From the human T2T-CHM13v2.0 reference genome, Homo sapiens, in NCBI RefSeq assembly GCF_009914755.1, contig NC_060928.1: a stretch of 64,000 nt of DNA. One strand, written 5' to 3'. Positions 28,011 to 42,439 of this stretch are shown here, piece after piece. A program made the position numbers and the translations under genes. Below the pieces are notes generated by a model. The model did no database searches, had not been told where the DNA came from, and saw only the letters and a program-made list of their open reading frames with translations. Every line of letters begins with the position of its first letter. Within the stretch, counting starts at the first letter, position 1.

Positions 28011-30186
28011 TCTTAAATTGACAACTTAGGAAGTGATCCAATTTTAATTTTCTTTCGTTCATGAAAAGTAGGGATAAACTGTGTTTTTCATGTTCAGAGA
28101 TTGATGAAATTCATGGGATATTTCTGAAGATCTTTAAACATTCAGCATATAAAAATTATGAAATACATTTCTTGTGTAGTAATTTCCTATAAGGGATATT
28201 CTGACTGTTGGCTCTTTCTTCAGAAACTAAAATTTCTTAGAAAATAACTTATTTGGATTATCATCTAATTCAGACTTTCTTTCAAGCAGAAATTTTATCC
28301 AGGCTACAACTATTGATCCAGATAATTATTTTTATCATTACTTCTTGTATCAGTCTTTGAACTACCTTTGTCCATGTTGTTCTGCTTCTAGCAAAGACTA
28401 ATTAATTAGTAGAGGAGAACATGAACATCAGCTGAACCGCTGCTGTAAGAAGGTAGAGAAAGACTGTGGAGAAAATATGGGCTCAGAGATAGACACACTG
28501 GATTCCAGTCTCAACCATTTAATGCCTGAGTGACAATGAGCACATTTCTCAGCCACTCTTGGCCCATTTCATGTTTTTCAAAATGTGAATAACAGTGTTA
28601 CTCGGTATAATTATTTTGAGACGACATGAGTTAATGCTTTTAAAATACCTGGCACAATAATTTGAATTCCCCTTTCCCCATGAGAGTTGACATGCACCTA
28701 CTGGATAGGAAAGCCTAAAAGAACTAAACACATGTTTCAGTATTTAACTATTTGCATGCTCTCTAATTTCTATTCACATGTATAATGACAACAGGTCTTC
28801 TCAAAAGATGATTTCTCAGTAAAATAAAATTAAGGCAAGAATGACATGAAATAATTTTTCCAATGTTAGTAGTGAACTTATTTCTGCTTTACTTGACTGG
28901 TTGCCAAAGTTTTTCCTTGACTATATGAAAGAAATTGGGTAAACTTTTCTTAATTGGCAAAACAAATCCACTCCGAAGTAAAAGTTACGAAACAGATGTT
29001 TTCTGCTTCTTAATAGAAAAGCTAGTACAGAAAGGAAGTTCCAAATGGAACATTCTGGTGGTGCCAAAGGAACGGAGAAAGAAGGACAAAAGAAGAACTT
29101 TTAAAGGTAGAAATTCTCATTATGATGATTGATTATTTAAACAAGGTTAATTTTTCGAGGCTATGAACCTGGTAAGTTTAAGACGGCAAACAACAAAATG
29201 CTACTGCTAATTAGACATCCAATGAAATGCCATACAGAAAGGTTAACTATTTTAAAAAATGTTATGTAATCTTCTATTTCAAATGTCATTGTTATTAGTT
29301 TTGTAATAGAGCTCACTGACAAAACAGAAATGAATATATCTTCCAGAGAGTGAGGAGGAAATATTTTATTAGTTGTCCAGTATATAGAGAAATGAGAAAA
29401 ATATTACAATAAATTTTCATCCTTCATTTGAAATATTCACATTTAATCATTTCTGTAGGACCGGAGTTATTTTGCTTTGGGCAGACCTGACCCTAGGCAG
29501 ATTTGAAAACACCACCACAATATATGCATTGAGGGCCTACTATGTGCTAAGCACTGAGGAAATAACAGTGAACAAAACAGGTTAAGGTTTCTGGCCCCAC
29601 GGAGGGATTCTAGTAGGGGAGGACTTGAAATAGGGAAATTGTAGTGTAATGTGATGTCCAGTAGTAACAAACACTAGGAAGAAAGACCGTTTAGAGATTG
29701 TTATTTTCCTGACCACCCAGCATAGCAATAATGGAAACGTTTGGCTGGGGTTCCCTCAATGCATTCCCTGGCCACTTCTGCAATGAGTGAGAGATTAAGT
29801 GAGTGTGAGGAGAAGAATTACATGGTGAGCACTGGATAATTTCCCCATCTTAACCAACCTGTAAGGCAGCCTGAACCATCTCCATCCTCCAGATAAAACA
29901 GCTAGGATTTAGGAAACTGAAGGAACTCAGCCCAGGTCTCTCAGCTAGTAAACTGTTAATGCAGTTTCTCTGACCCAAAGTCTGTGCAAATAGAACATCT
30001 CCAAGGATGCAGAGGCAGTGAATCACAGAAGTAGCTGCATTGCTTCTCCTTTAAGGTGTGAATAATAAGCACCAGGTGGTTTGTGCATATTATCTTCTTT
30101 GGTCCCCACCACACAACTATGACGTAGGGCCATTATTATCCACAGTGCTCAGATAAGGAAACTGACACTGAGGGAGGGTTAAATAA

Positions 30187-30631
<445 letters not shown>

Positions 30632-32674
30632 TGATTAAGAATGCATTGATCAAAATAAGGAAATCCCAGAGTACAGCTGCAGAATGTATAAATGCAGGCA
30701 TTGCATTTTTTTTATTCAACCTATAATTATTTATGTTGACATTTATTACTACATATCTTTAAAAATATAACCAACTGAATTTGGTGAGGAATTCAGTGAT
30801 GCTATAATGGTCTCTGTTCTTCTGAAGATGTGTGGCTGCCAGGATAGTGGTTTGTGGAGCATCAGCTACAAATGCTCTTAGAAAGCAGCAGTGTGCATGC
30901 CAACCAGTTTATAGCCTATAAGACTGTATTCTCTTCTTATGAAGGTTGAGCATCTATTAATAGCTGAAGCTACCATTTGTGGCAGAGGCAATATTTTAAT
31001 GCTTAAGAGCTGGGTTTCAAATCCTTGCTCTGCAATTTACTACCAATTACTTGCTGCCCACTGAAGCTTTTTGTTAAATGCTCATTATATTGCTGAATGC
31101 TTATTATGGGCCAGGGACTATTCTGTGCACTTTAAATTTAATCCTCCTAATAATCCCAGGATGGATGGCTAACCCCATTTTATGGAGGAGGAAACTGAGC
31201 TCAGAGAGGAAAAATGAATCATGAATGGCTGTACAATTAATAAACTGCCGAGCTGGTTTTGAACCCCAGGTGTCTCTAATAGTTTCCTCCACTACATGAC
31301 ACTGCAGGACCAATGAGAAACAGTATTGAGACTATATAAGAAACAGAGTCAGCTTTGTAATCAGGGCTAAGCATTTAGATCCCATACTAGCTCAACAAGG
31401 CACTGTTTCTCCAGTTCTGTCAAATTATTGACAATTTTGATTTGTAGTCCAATCTAGAATAAAATGTGCAAGGGACATATTATTGAGAGCACAAGGAAGA
31501 CTATGAATGTCAGAGAGAAGAATGGAAAGGTTGATTCCGAGAGTCTAAAATAGGGAATGGGTTAGCTAGGTTAATCAAGGTAATCACAGGAGGCCTTGAC
31601 CAGTTGCTCTACCTAAAACTCAGTTTCCTTCAGCTTCTGTAAAGTAGAAATAATCATACCTAGTTCATTGGGTGATTATGATCAAAAGTGTGAAAATAAG
31701 ACCAGCCCCTAGCTCCATTCCTGTGCATGCACACATTGACCATAGATAGCCCTCAACTCAACCCCACGTTGATCATGCTCCATTATTCTCAGCTGCAGTG
31801 CCCCTGAAAGGGAATCTCTGGCCACCATGAGTGATCTGGAGGAGCAGTTTCATGTCTATGCTGAGGGTGATTTCCATCCATGACATGGTCATGAGAAGGA
31901 CAACAGAGACACCTTGAAAGGGACTGGAGTTGCATTTCCATAGACCAAAGACTAATGAGCCACTATCCCTTTCACTCAAGGTGACTACTGAGCAATCAGC
32001 TATGATTACACACCCCTCCATGACTGAGGATTCTGATCCTAACAAGGCATAATGGAAAATTCACTTGTGCTTCACTTCACACATGATGAAAAACTAAAAT
32101 ACAATGATTGGTTTTCTCTTTGTCAGCCAGATGGGTACTTCCTAAATGCAAATCCACAGAGGCTGCCCCACTGTGATGAGGCTCTGCACTCATCATGGCA
32201 GAGACAAAGAAGGTTTGCGGGTTTGCCTGGCAGCTTGCCCGAGGCTTTGCATCGGCTTTGGGAAAACCAGAGGCCTATCTAAGCCTCAGGCTATCCATCT
32301 GCTGCCAGGTAGCCCTCCCTCTGCCTTCATCCTAAATAAATCTGTTTTGGAGGAGCCAGGAAGCTTTGGGGACAAGATCTATTCACTAACTCATATGTAA
32401 AAATGCCACCTACATCTGGCAAATTCAAATTTCTGTTTTCTGAGCACGTGTTTATTACTTATTTATTGCCTCTCTTAGGTACAGTTAGATCTCCATGAAC
32501 CAGTTCAATCAGACTTAATAACTTCCCCAATGATCCTAGCCAAAATAAGAATGTACCTGGGAAGAGAATCTTAGCCTCAGAACTGCAGTTCAGAAGAGCA
32601 GCTCTTCTTGAATTCTACCACATGCCTTTGAATCTCAGGAGATCTGGGCCATCAAAAGTCCATTTGGTTCCAAT

Positions 32675-32848
32675 GTCTCACTCTCCAGAGTGTGGTTGAT
32701 GAACCAGCAGCTTGGACATCCTTTGGGAGCTGTGACTAATTCTTAAAAATGCAGAATAGCAGGTCCTACCCAGACCTACTGATTCAGGGCAGCAATCTAA
32801 CAAGAATCCAGGTGACTTGTGAACACACTGAAGTTTGCAAAGTACTGG
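32675..32848. mobile_element. MER5A-like hAT-Charlie MITE
   Basis: aaatgcagaat...cccagacctactgattcag...caggtgac...cactgaagtttgcaaagtactg. Confidence 0.7.
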
Positions 32849-33604
32849 TTTGGAGGTCATTCAACCCTCTTATTTTCCAGAGAGGGACACTGCCAAGTGA
32901 CTTTCCAGAACATCCCACAGCAGGGTCCATTTAGAATTCCAGGACTCGAATTCAGTTGTGTTGGCAAGAACATTTAGCCCTATCTTGAAATCTTCTGGGC
33001 CTTTGTTTCCGTAACACTAAAATGGGGACATTCACAACTGCCTTGCTTCCTTGTTGGTATACAATGTCATAATATATATGAAAGCATTTTATTTCAAAGC
33101 CTTATGCAAACAAATATGTCTACTGTTATATCCAACCAAACTCACTTGAATCTTAAAAGATGTGTACGTGTGTGAGTGTGTGTGTGAGCAGGAGTTCTAG
33201 GTATAGAACTGGGCCATATATGACAAATTTTGCCCTACTTTAGAATGTAACCTAATTCTCAGACTGCTTGCCAAAAAAAAAGAATCCTTTCTCCTCTAAC
33301 TCTCAAAACGGTTCTTAAAATAGATGGGCCCCCCAGGGACTCCCCGACATGTTTCCACTGTTAGAGTTCAGGCAGCCTGAGATCAACGGGTTTTATTTCA
33401 GATGATGTTCGATTTGGGGACATGAGCTCAGGAGGACACGTAACAGGTTAGAGGTGAGCAGCCCTTTGTATTTTTAACTTTAAATCATGGCAGTCGCTCA
33501 AATCAACTATAGTTTAGTAGACAAAGGGAATGAGAAAGATAAATATAAGGACTGAGAGAAGAGAAAGAGGATAAATGTAAGGAGAAGGCTGCTGTTGATA
33601 GTAT

Positions 33605-34130
33605 CCACTCATTAAAAAAATACTGAGAAGTTTATATATGTCAGACACTGCTCTAAGTATTTTGGACACGGTCATGAACAAGACCAGCAAGGGTCCTCAC
33701 TGTGTATGGCTTATGTTCTGGTGGTGGTGGGTAGGAGGACAAATTGAAAAGCAAACATATGTCCAGGAAAACTTGGGGTAGGAAAACATGCTTTGAGAAA
33801 CCTAGCTACTGCACAGGTTCTGCCTATGGTTGGATAGCCAGAGTGACTACTCTGAGATGGAAATTCAAATGAAACCTTAAGGAGAAGAAGCCATGTGTAG
33901 ATAAGGGGGAAGAGCTTCCCAGGCAATGTGAATGCTCCGAGGTGAGAATGAGCTGGGGAGTTTCGAGAAACAGAGAGAAGGCCTGAGTGGTCAGATGGTG
34001 GTGAGCAAATGCAGAAGACGAGTTAGCAAGGTTGAGCTAGGTTGGATCATGCAGGGCCTGTGTGTACACTTAGGAATGCGGACACCTGTCTGAGTGCAGT
34101 GGAACGTCATTGCTAGCTCAACTAGTGATC
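33605..34130 (-). mobile_element. L2a 3' fragment
   Basis: tatgtcagacactgctctaag...ggatcatgcagggcctgtg. Confidence 0.65.
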
Positions 34131-34738
34131 CACTGAGATGTAGAAATTGGAATCTTGGAATCTCAGCACGCAGCACAGGTTAATAGACTGAAAGCAGGAA
34201 AATGGAAGTGTATTTTCTCATTCTTCTTTCTGTCCTTGATCTTTTCCTCCCTTCAGGTTTTTATCAAATTCTTATTATGTGTCAGGCACCGTGTCTTAGT
34301 GAGCAATGGACTAACCTTCTTATGAAGTTAAAATACATTCATTGGTGTGAGTTAGTACAGGATACCTATTCCAATCTAATAAAATGCAGGCCCCTAATGA
34401 AATGGGGTCCTAATCTGTGGGCCCCCATTGCCAACAGCAGTGGCTCTTAATTGCAGATTGTTACAGTGAAGACCTTGTTGCATGCAAAAATACTAGGATT
34501 CCATTCAGATGTATTGAATAAGAATCTTTGAGGATGAGCCTGCCTATATGTATTTTTAGTATACTGCATAAGTGATGCTGCCAGCTGTGAACGTCCTCTT
34601 CTTGAGCCTCTCTCTGGCATACCTGGCATATCTTCTTTGCTCCCCTAAGCTCCCCTTAGTCTTGAGGGATCAGTGCAAAGTCTGTTTCCTCTGTTATCAT
34701 CACTCTAACTTACGTGACTTTGCCTGATATTCCTAGTT

Positions 34739-35051
34739 TTTGATGTTTTTTAGTTTTAGTTTTAGTTTTGAGATGGATTCTCACTCTGCTGTCCAGGGTG
34801 GAGTGCAGTGGTGCCATCTCGGCTCACCACAACCTCCGCCTCCCAGCTTCAAGTGATCCTCCCACCTCAGCCTTCTGAGTAGCTGGGATTACAGACATGC
34901 ACCAACACTCTCGGCTAATTTTTGTACTTTTAGTAGAGATAGGGTTTCACCATGTTGCCCAGGCTGGTCTCAAACTCCTGGCCTCATGTGGTCCACCTGT
35001 CTCGGCCTCCCAAAGTGCTGGGATTACAGGCATGAGCCACCACACCTGGCC
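34739..35051 (-). mobile_element. Old Alu (J/Sz-like)
   Basis: Reverse Alu; TSD gatattcctagtt at 34726-34738 and 35052-35064. Confidence 0.93.
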
Positions 35052-36992
35052 GATATTCCTAGTTGTTAAGCCCTCACCAATCACTCGTTCTCAGCTAGAG
35101 GTAAGCTCCTTGAGGACTTGAGCTGATTCCTTTTCATTTCATCCTCCTAGTACTTAGCCTACTTTACATGAATTTTTAATATGCAAATGATTATTGCCGC
35201 TGATTAAAATAACCTAAATACAGAGAAGCCTGAAAGTGTAAGGAAGCTCCTTAACTTTATTTTGGTTCCTTCTGAGATAAGGAGAATGAATCATAACAAC
35301 AACAACAACAGTCAACACTGACGTTGAAATTGTTAATATGTACTGAACACTTACCACATGCACATACTGGGCTAACTACACACGGCAGCTCATAATCTGT
35401 TATTCCTCATTTACATCCCTACATGCAGTTCCCTGCATGTGACCCTAAGAGGACCAGCTTGGTGGGAAATGTTCTCAGTAAACTTGGATCCCAGTTCCAA
35501 CTCATCACTGATTAATGGTATGGTCCCTTTCAATCTCTCTGAGCCTCAGTTTACACATGTGGAAAATGAGATGGTAAACTCTTGCCTTTTCTCTTTTCCA
35601 GGGTTGCCATGGAAAGCCAACGAGGGGATACAGTCAGTGCTGTGAAAACACATGTTAAATGAAGAAGAAGAAAGATAACTCCTGCTTCTGAGGCAACACC
35701 AGAATTCCAGAAGCAGCAGACCATTGACTTTTCTGCTCCAGATTTGGACCTTATTCATTTGCAATATTTCCAAGTTGCTGGTTAAATCTGAACTTATCTA
35801 AGAAACAGGTAGTAAGTGAAAGAGAATGTGAGTCAATATAATATTGGATGCCTGAAAAGTGCAGCAAAGCAAAATTCAATAAGTATTGACCCAAATCTTT
35901 CATTTCTAGTTCAATTTGACAATAACCTTTATTTTTCAATTAATTCAGCCAGAGTTTCCCTGAGTCAAATACCAGGCTGGACTTTGCAGGACCTAGAGCT
36001 CAGCCATTGCCTCTGCTCCTATCTTTCCAGCCAGCTTTGAGGGGGCTCTTATCCGGGAGAGGAGAGATATTACCCACCACATGTGGTTGGAGGGAGCATC
36101 TTCGTTACACTCCTGCAGCATGCTGGCTGCCAGCAAATGGCCTCACATTCTGTGGGAAACAGGCTTTCTGCCTGGTGCAGCTTTGCTTAAGCACACCGTT
36201 CAGGACGTGGCCTGGGAGTCTCCCAAGGAATGGGCCAGTATCATTTGAATGGAGTCAATAAAACCTGTTAGTCACCTTATCAACAATATCAGAATCACTG
36301 TTGTTCAAAAACTGTATTATTGGAGATGACTCCCTTTGTTTTGTTTTCTCCTATTATTAAAAAAATGATAATGGTCCTATCCCCAAGAATGGTAATATAT
36401 AACATATTAATATCATGTTATATGTTATTACCATATACCATGTATACCAATGTTTACCAATTGGTTCCTTTTTCTCACAAGAAGGAACTTATGGGCCTTT
36501 ACAGAATACATTTCAAGCCATGTGTAAGAACCTTTCACTGCACCATTTAATGGAATCCCTGCCACCCCTTTTGTATGGCTGGAACTGAAAGTCAAGGATA
36601 GGGAGTAACTCCCTATAGGTCACACCATTGGCAAGTGGCCGTGATTTTTTGAGCACATGATTTCATATAAATGTGGCCTTTCTCCTGCTATTCCTCACAG
36701 CTCTTCTGAATAAGTGAGAGTACGGTAATAGCGACTGCTCGCATGAGAGGGAGAGGCTGAGATTTAGGCCACTTTGAAAAAAATCCTTTGCAAATACTGA
36801 CGCATAGTCACAATGTTTTCTGTAGCATCTTGAAACTCCTGAATAAAATGTATTATGCTTGTGCTAGTTTAAAAAATAGTACCAGTACCCCTACATATTA
36901 CTCTAACAGATTCTTTGCAGCAGAGCTGATGATAGGGTTATCCCTTCAGACTTTCTGCCTACAAGCTACATTAATTGGATGATGCAAAGATT

Positions 36993-37620
36993 GGACTGTA
37001 AACTAGTTCAACCATTGTGGAAGTCAGTGTGGCGATTCCTCAGGGATCTAGAACTAGAAATACCATTTGACCCAGCCATCCCATTACTGGGTATATACCC
37101 AAAGGACTATAAATCATGCTGCTATAAAGACACATGCACATGTATGTTTATCGCGGCACTATTCACAATAGCAAAGACTTGGAACCAACCCAAATGTCCA
37201 ACAATGATAGACTGGATTAAGAAAATGTGGCACATATACAGCATGGAATACTATGCAGCCATAAAAAATGATGAGTTCATGTCCTTTGTAGGGACATAGA
37301 TGAAATTGGAAATAACCATTCTCAGTAAACTATCGCAATAACAAAAAACCAAACACCGCATATCCTCACACATAGGTGGGAATTGAACAATGAGAACACA
37401 TGGACACAGGAAGGGGAACGTCACACTCTGGGGACGGTTGGGGGGTGGGGGGAGGGGGGAGGGATAGCATTGGGAGATATACCTAATGCTAGATGACGAG
37501 TTAGTGGGTGCAGCGCACCAGCATGGCACATGTATACATATGTAACTAACCTGCACATTGTGCACATGTACCCTAAAACTTAAAGTATAATAATAAATAA
37601 ATAAATAAATAAAAAAGAAA
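36993..37620 (+). mobile_element. L1PA2-like 5'-truncated LINE-1 (ORF2 C-terminus, 3' UTR, A tail)
   Basis: Near-consensus young L1; GAG (not ACA/ACG) at gatgacGAGttagtggg argues against L1HS-Ta; G-rich 3' UTR tract. Confidence 0.92.
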
Positions 37621-37755
37621 ATGAAAAGGAAAGGAAATCATGAAAAACTATAAAATTTTACAAAGCAATCATGAATATCACAAAATCCAGAGAAATAAAA
37701 ATATTTTTTAAATTAAAAAAAAAAAAAAAGAAAATACTGGTTCTTCCTGTGCAGA

Positions 37756-37865
37756 GAAAGGAGAATACATGCTTTCCTTACCAGGAAGATCTACAGCTAT
37801 TAGCTAGCATGGAAAGGAGAATACATGTCTTCCTTACCAGGAAGATCTAGCTGTAGCTAGCATGG
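37756..37865. repeat. Two-copy tandem duplication, period about 56 bp
   Basis: gaaaggagaatacatg..ttccttaccaggaagatcta...tagctagcatgg at 37756 and 37812. Confidence 0.9.
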
Positions 37866-38510
37866 CTCACTATTATCTTAGCTCATTAGTCTTTTTAACC
37901 TTTTGCCTTTGCCCTCGACTTTGAGTCATGATGTTGAGTAGAAAGTGAAAAACTTGCCGAGGGGTTCATTTGATTCCGTTGTTGTGGATATTTCATTCTG
38001 TCCACTTTTCCTGGGCAGAATGAATAAGCCTGAGTTGCTTTTAATCCCTGTTGCTGTTCTTTGATATTGAAAAACATTCTACTCACAGTCGATCTGCAAT
38101 CAAAATCCCCAAGCCACTGAGAAGAGATCTAACCAGATTTCTGGTGGCAATTTAACTCCAAGTTGATGCAATCAGTACTCTGCACAGGCAAGTGTGATGC
38201 CATTAAAGGCTTTTCCCCCTTTGTAGGTTCACAAACTTAGCTTTTGCAAGCAGTAGAGAGGCATGCAATGTAGAAGCCAATGATATTATAGCCTCTGAAT
38301 CAGATTTCATACTTATTAATGCAATCATAGCCTTTTGCTCCAGGACTTTTACAAAACCAACTTGACTTCTTCAAACCAATTTGATGCTGAAATGGTCAAA
38401 AAGAATAGTAACATTAAATGCAGGGTGCACTCTCTGCTGTTTTTGCTTACCTTTTTTTCTTCCCCCATTCTCCATTTTAAAATACGCTCTTTCACAGAAT
38501 ACCACTCTAA

Positions 38511-38927
38511 AGTTACATGGGCATTTGCTTTCCCCCAAAATTCATATATTGAAGCCCTAGCCCCCAGTGTGGCTGTATTTGAAGATGGAGTCTCTAAGAA
38601 AGTAATTAAGGTTAAATAAGGTCATAAGGTTGGGACACTGATCTAATAGGATTAGTATCTTTATAAGAAGACACGTCAGAGTGCTCTCTCTCTCTCTGTC
38701 TCTCTCTCTCTCCCTACGCCCTGCCCCACCTATACATGCATAGAAGGGAGATCATGTGAGGACACAGTGGGAAGGCAGCCATCAGCCATCCAGGAAGAGA
38801 GCCCTCACCACAAACCAACCATGCTGGTACCCCCTGGTCTGACTTGCAGGCTCCAGAACTGTGAAAAATAAGTTGTTTAAGCCACCTATTCTGTCATATT
38901 TTACAGAAGCCCAAGTTGACTAACACA
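38511..38927 (+). mobile_element. MLT1A/B-family MaLR LTR with an internal (CT)n
   Basis: cccccaaaattcatatattgaagccctag...ctccagaactgtgaaaaataa...gactaacaca. Confidence 0.85.
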
Positions 38928-40338
38928 CTGTTAATCCAGGAAATTCTAAATATTTTAAGAAATTTGGTAGAAGTATTAGATGAATTATTCAAAAGTCCTT
39001 GGAAATGGGATTAAATGATAAAATAATACTAACGAGAAAAAGTTTGATCCTCTAGAAATGATTAAGTAAAAGATATTTTTTAAGTCTTAAATGAGAACCA
39101 GCAGCTTCTGGTCATGTAGTTTCCTTCTTAATAAAAGACTAAATGCTATTCCCCCTCCCCACACACTCCCATGTGCACACTCATATATCTTTTTTGAATA
39201 GGTGCCATCTAAGTCTGTTTAAAGGTAGAAATGTTTCTGTACAATTGAGACCTAACTAACAATATATTCTAAGTGTTTGAGTGTTGGATCTGGACTACTC
39301 TGTTTTACTGAGTTAATGAATTTACTTTTCTTATGGAAGAAAGCAAGAAAATGAGGGAAGAAAAATCTGGGTTTACTTAAGTAGTTGAAGATAGCACAAT
39401 AGATTTTCAAAATGACCAGTCAAAAACCATGTATTCTAAAGGGCCCAGGATGGCTGGCTTCCTTTCTTTTCTTTTCTTTGTTTCTTGTTTTAGATATAAA
39501 GTAAATTTGTTAAAAGGCAAAGTTGGCCTTTCTCCAACAACAATAATAATATACGCTTTGCTTACTGCTACACCTCTTCCAATAACATGGTGCCTAGCAC
39601 AGAGTGGGTACGCAGTAAATGTAAGTGAAATATTTATAAGCGATATATAGATGAAAAAATATTATCAAGGAAAAATCCATCTGGATTACAAATACATTTA
39701 ACAGGAAAAATTAAAAAGTGACTTCTGCTTTTATTATTGATCTACAATAAAACTTGAAGTACAAGAGATTGATATAATATTAAATATTTCAACCATAATC
39801 TATATCAAGGTATTTTTTTTTCTCAAAATGATGGTGACTCACAAAAGAAGAAAGTAAAGAAACAGATTATATCTAGGCACTTCTATGTATTTAAATATTC
39901 AAAGAACAAAGGGCATTTAATTTTATCCAGATTTAGAATGACATGTTCATTATCTCAAAACTCCTTTATATAACAGCAATTCTGCATTCAATTATCACAA
40001 TGTATGTACTAAAGTTATTACCATACTTATTCTTTCCCTCTGAAATACAAAATTTTACTATCTAGTAATTGATACCTTGACAAGATGTAAATTTTGCTGA
40101 AACAAAACTATATGTTCAAAGTCATAAGAAACCATGTAAGGTTGAGAAATATTAAGAGACTGATTGCTCATTATAAATGATTTATATTAATAGAAAGCAT
40201 AACTTTTCCCATCACCTGACTTTATACCACTTTTGAATAACTGGTCATAATAATTTCATGCCAGATTTAAAAAATTAATTATTAATTTAATATGACAGCA
40301 TTCTTTGGATGTGAGGACTCTGAAATTGTCTAACTTAT

Positions 40339-40699
40339 TGTCTTGGTTTGTTTAGGCTGCTATAATAAAATATTTTTTGAATAAGTAATTTATAAACAAC
40401 AGAATTTATTGCTCATAGCTCTGGAGGCTGGGAAGTCTAAGATCAAGTGCTGGGAGATTCTGTGTCTGGTAAGGACCTGTTGCTCATAGATGACACCGTC
40501 TTGCTGTGTCTTCCCATGGTGGAGTGGCTGAATAAACTCCCCCAGTCCTCTTTTAATAAGGGCACTAATCCCATTTATGGGAATGGAGCCCTCATGACTT
40601 AGTCACTTCCCAAAGCCCTTACCTCTTAATACCATCATTTTGAGAATTAAAGTTTGAAAATATGAATTTTGGAGGGACACAAACATCCAGATCATAGCA
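40339..40699 (-). mobile_element. MLT1A0-like MaLR LTR
   Basis: tgtcttggtttgtttaggctgctataa...tatgaattttggagggacacaaacatccagatcatagca. Confidence 0.87.
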
Positions 40700-40972
40700 C
40701 TTGCTAAGGTTTCATAATGAGTCTGCATTTGAATCTTTGTCTGTTTGACTCAACTGTCTTTCCTTGCAGTCAAGTGTGAGTTACCTGTTCCTCCTCTATT
40801 ATCCACTCTAACGGCTTCTGTGTCTCTCTTCAGGGAACCTCAGAGTGGCTTCGTCACTGATTGCACATTTACCTTTTTGTAGTATCTGTCTGTTTGACTT
40901 CATAATGACTAAAAGCAACTTCAGACTTCTATATGGTTGGAACCTAGCACAGTGCATAATATTCAATAAATG

Positions 40973-41267
40973 GACCGGGTGCAGTGGCTCACACATGTAA
41001 TCCCAGCACTTTGGTATAAGCCTCCAAAGTGAGGTGGGCAGATCACTTGAGCTCAGGAGTTTGAGACTAGCCTGGGTAACATGGTGAAATCCGATCTGTA
41101 CTAAATATACAAAAATTAGCCTGGCATGATGGTGGACATCTGTGGTCCTGGCTACTTGAGAGGCTGAGGCAGGAGGATTGGTTGAGCCCGGGAGGCAGAA
41201 GTTGCAGGGAGCTGAGATCGCACTCCATCTTGGGTGACAGAGTGAGACTCCGTCTCAAAAATAAATA
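40973..41267 (+). mobile_element. AluJ-like element inserted in an L2 3' tail
   Basis: cttgagctcaggagtttgag and ggaggattg J-type positions; TSD aatattcaataaat; L2 tail gaatgaatgaatg follows. Confidence 0.9.
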
Positions 41268-42439
41268 AATATTCAATAAATACACTGTAATTTACTGAAT
41301 GAATGAATGAATGCTGTTAGTAAGGGCCATCTCTGCATTTTGCAGATAAACATGCTCATTCTCACCTTATCAATATTCCCCCAAACTCAAGAACTCTTCT
41401 CCATGAAGAGCTATCAAAGGAGAGTCATTATCAAAAATGGACCAGCCCTGATTCTTCTTCTTCTCCTAGAAATGTAATTTAGCCTTTGCCCTACTGAGAG
41501 TGGGCCATGCAGGTTAGCAAGTAGAGTCACGGGAAACACTTCCCTGTGTTTTTCTCAAGAAACAGGTATCCTTTCTGTGCAGGATTTTTTTTATAAAGGC
41601 ATCGTGCAAGAATCACAAATTAACATCCCTATTTCCAAGCTATGGGCATATGCATTCCATGTGATGTATGTCTCTGAGCAAAGTTATCTTCAAGAATAAG
41701 TATTACCTCAAGTGAACACAAGAGCTCATGATCAAAAATGATGGCAAGAAACCTGGAGAAGCTCAAAGTAATAAACAGAGTTCACAATCCAAAAGCAAGC
41801 ACACCTTCTAAGGTGTTCAAAATCAACTTCTTAGTATTCTGTACGAAAGAAACATGTTATTTTCATAGAGGAGAGTTGGAAAGATTTCTTAAAATCCTGG
41901 GTCTCACTCAGCCTGAGACCATGAAATCAATGTGGTTTTGTGCAAAGTGAACATTACATTAGTGTTTGTTGATGGAATAATTGAAATTTTAAAGTCAAAT
42001 CAATAGACACTTATTTAAGGAATATCAAGTACTCTGCAGGGTGTAGAGATGATTAAAATCACAAATAATTTATAGTTCACCTTAGTCAAGAAGGTATAAT
42101 CATCATGATAATGTAAATAAATCGATCAAGGTATAATGAAACAACAACAAGAGTGCCACAAGACATTACAAAATAATCTGCCAAGCGGGTCAGGCAGCAA
42201 CTGATTATAGAATACATGAGGCATTCATACAACTCTGATAGCTTCATGCCCATACTTCTGGCAGATGTCACTAATTAGTCACAGGGCTTTATCCTTCTGG
42301 GCCCAGGCGCATCCTCAAAATCTTTCTCAATTTTGTGAGTTTGGCAGCCAATTAGCTACAGCTGGCTGGCAAGATAAAGTCTATTTGTCATCCCTGCCTT
42401 ATGCTATTCCTCACATGCCATGGTTTGGGTCGTGTAATC

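Noticed and set aside
31821-31883. GCCACCATG followed by an 18-aa ORF (MSDLEEQFHVYAEGDFHP)
   Set aside because: No promoter, convincing donor or recognisable homology; a single Kozak match is insufficient
37430-37465. G-quadruplex-forming tract
   Set aside because: Standard feature of young L1 3' UTRs (also near 56366-56388), not locus-specific
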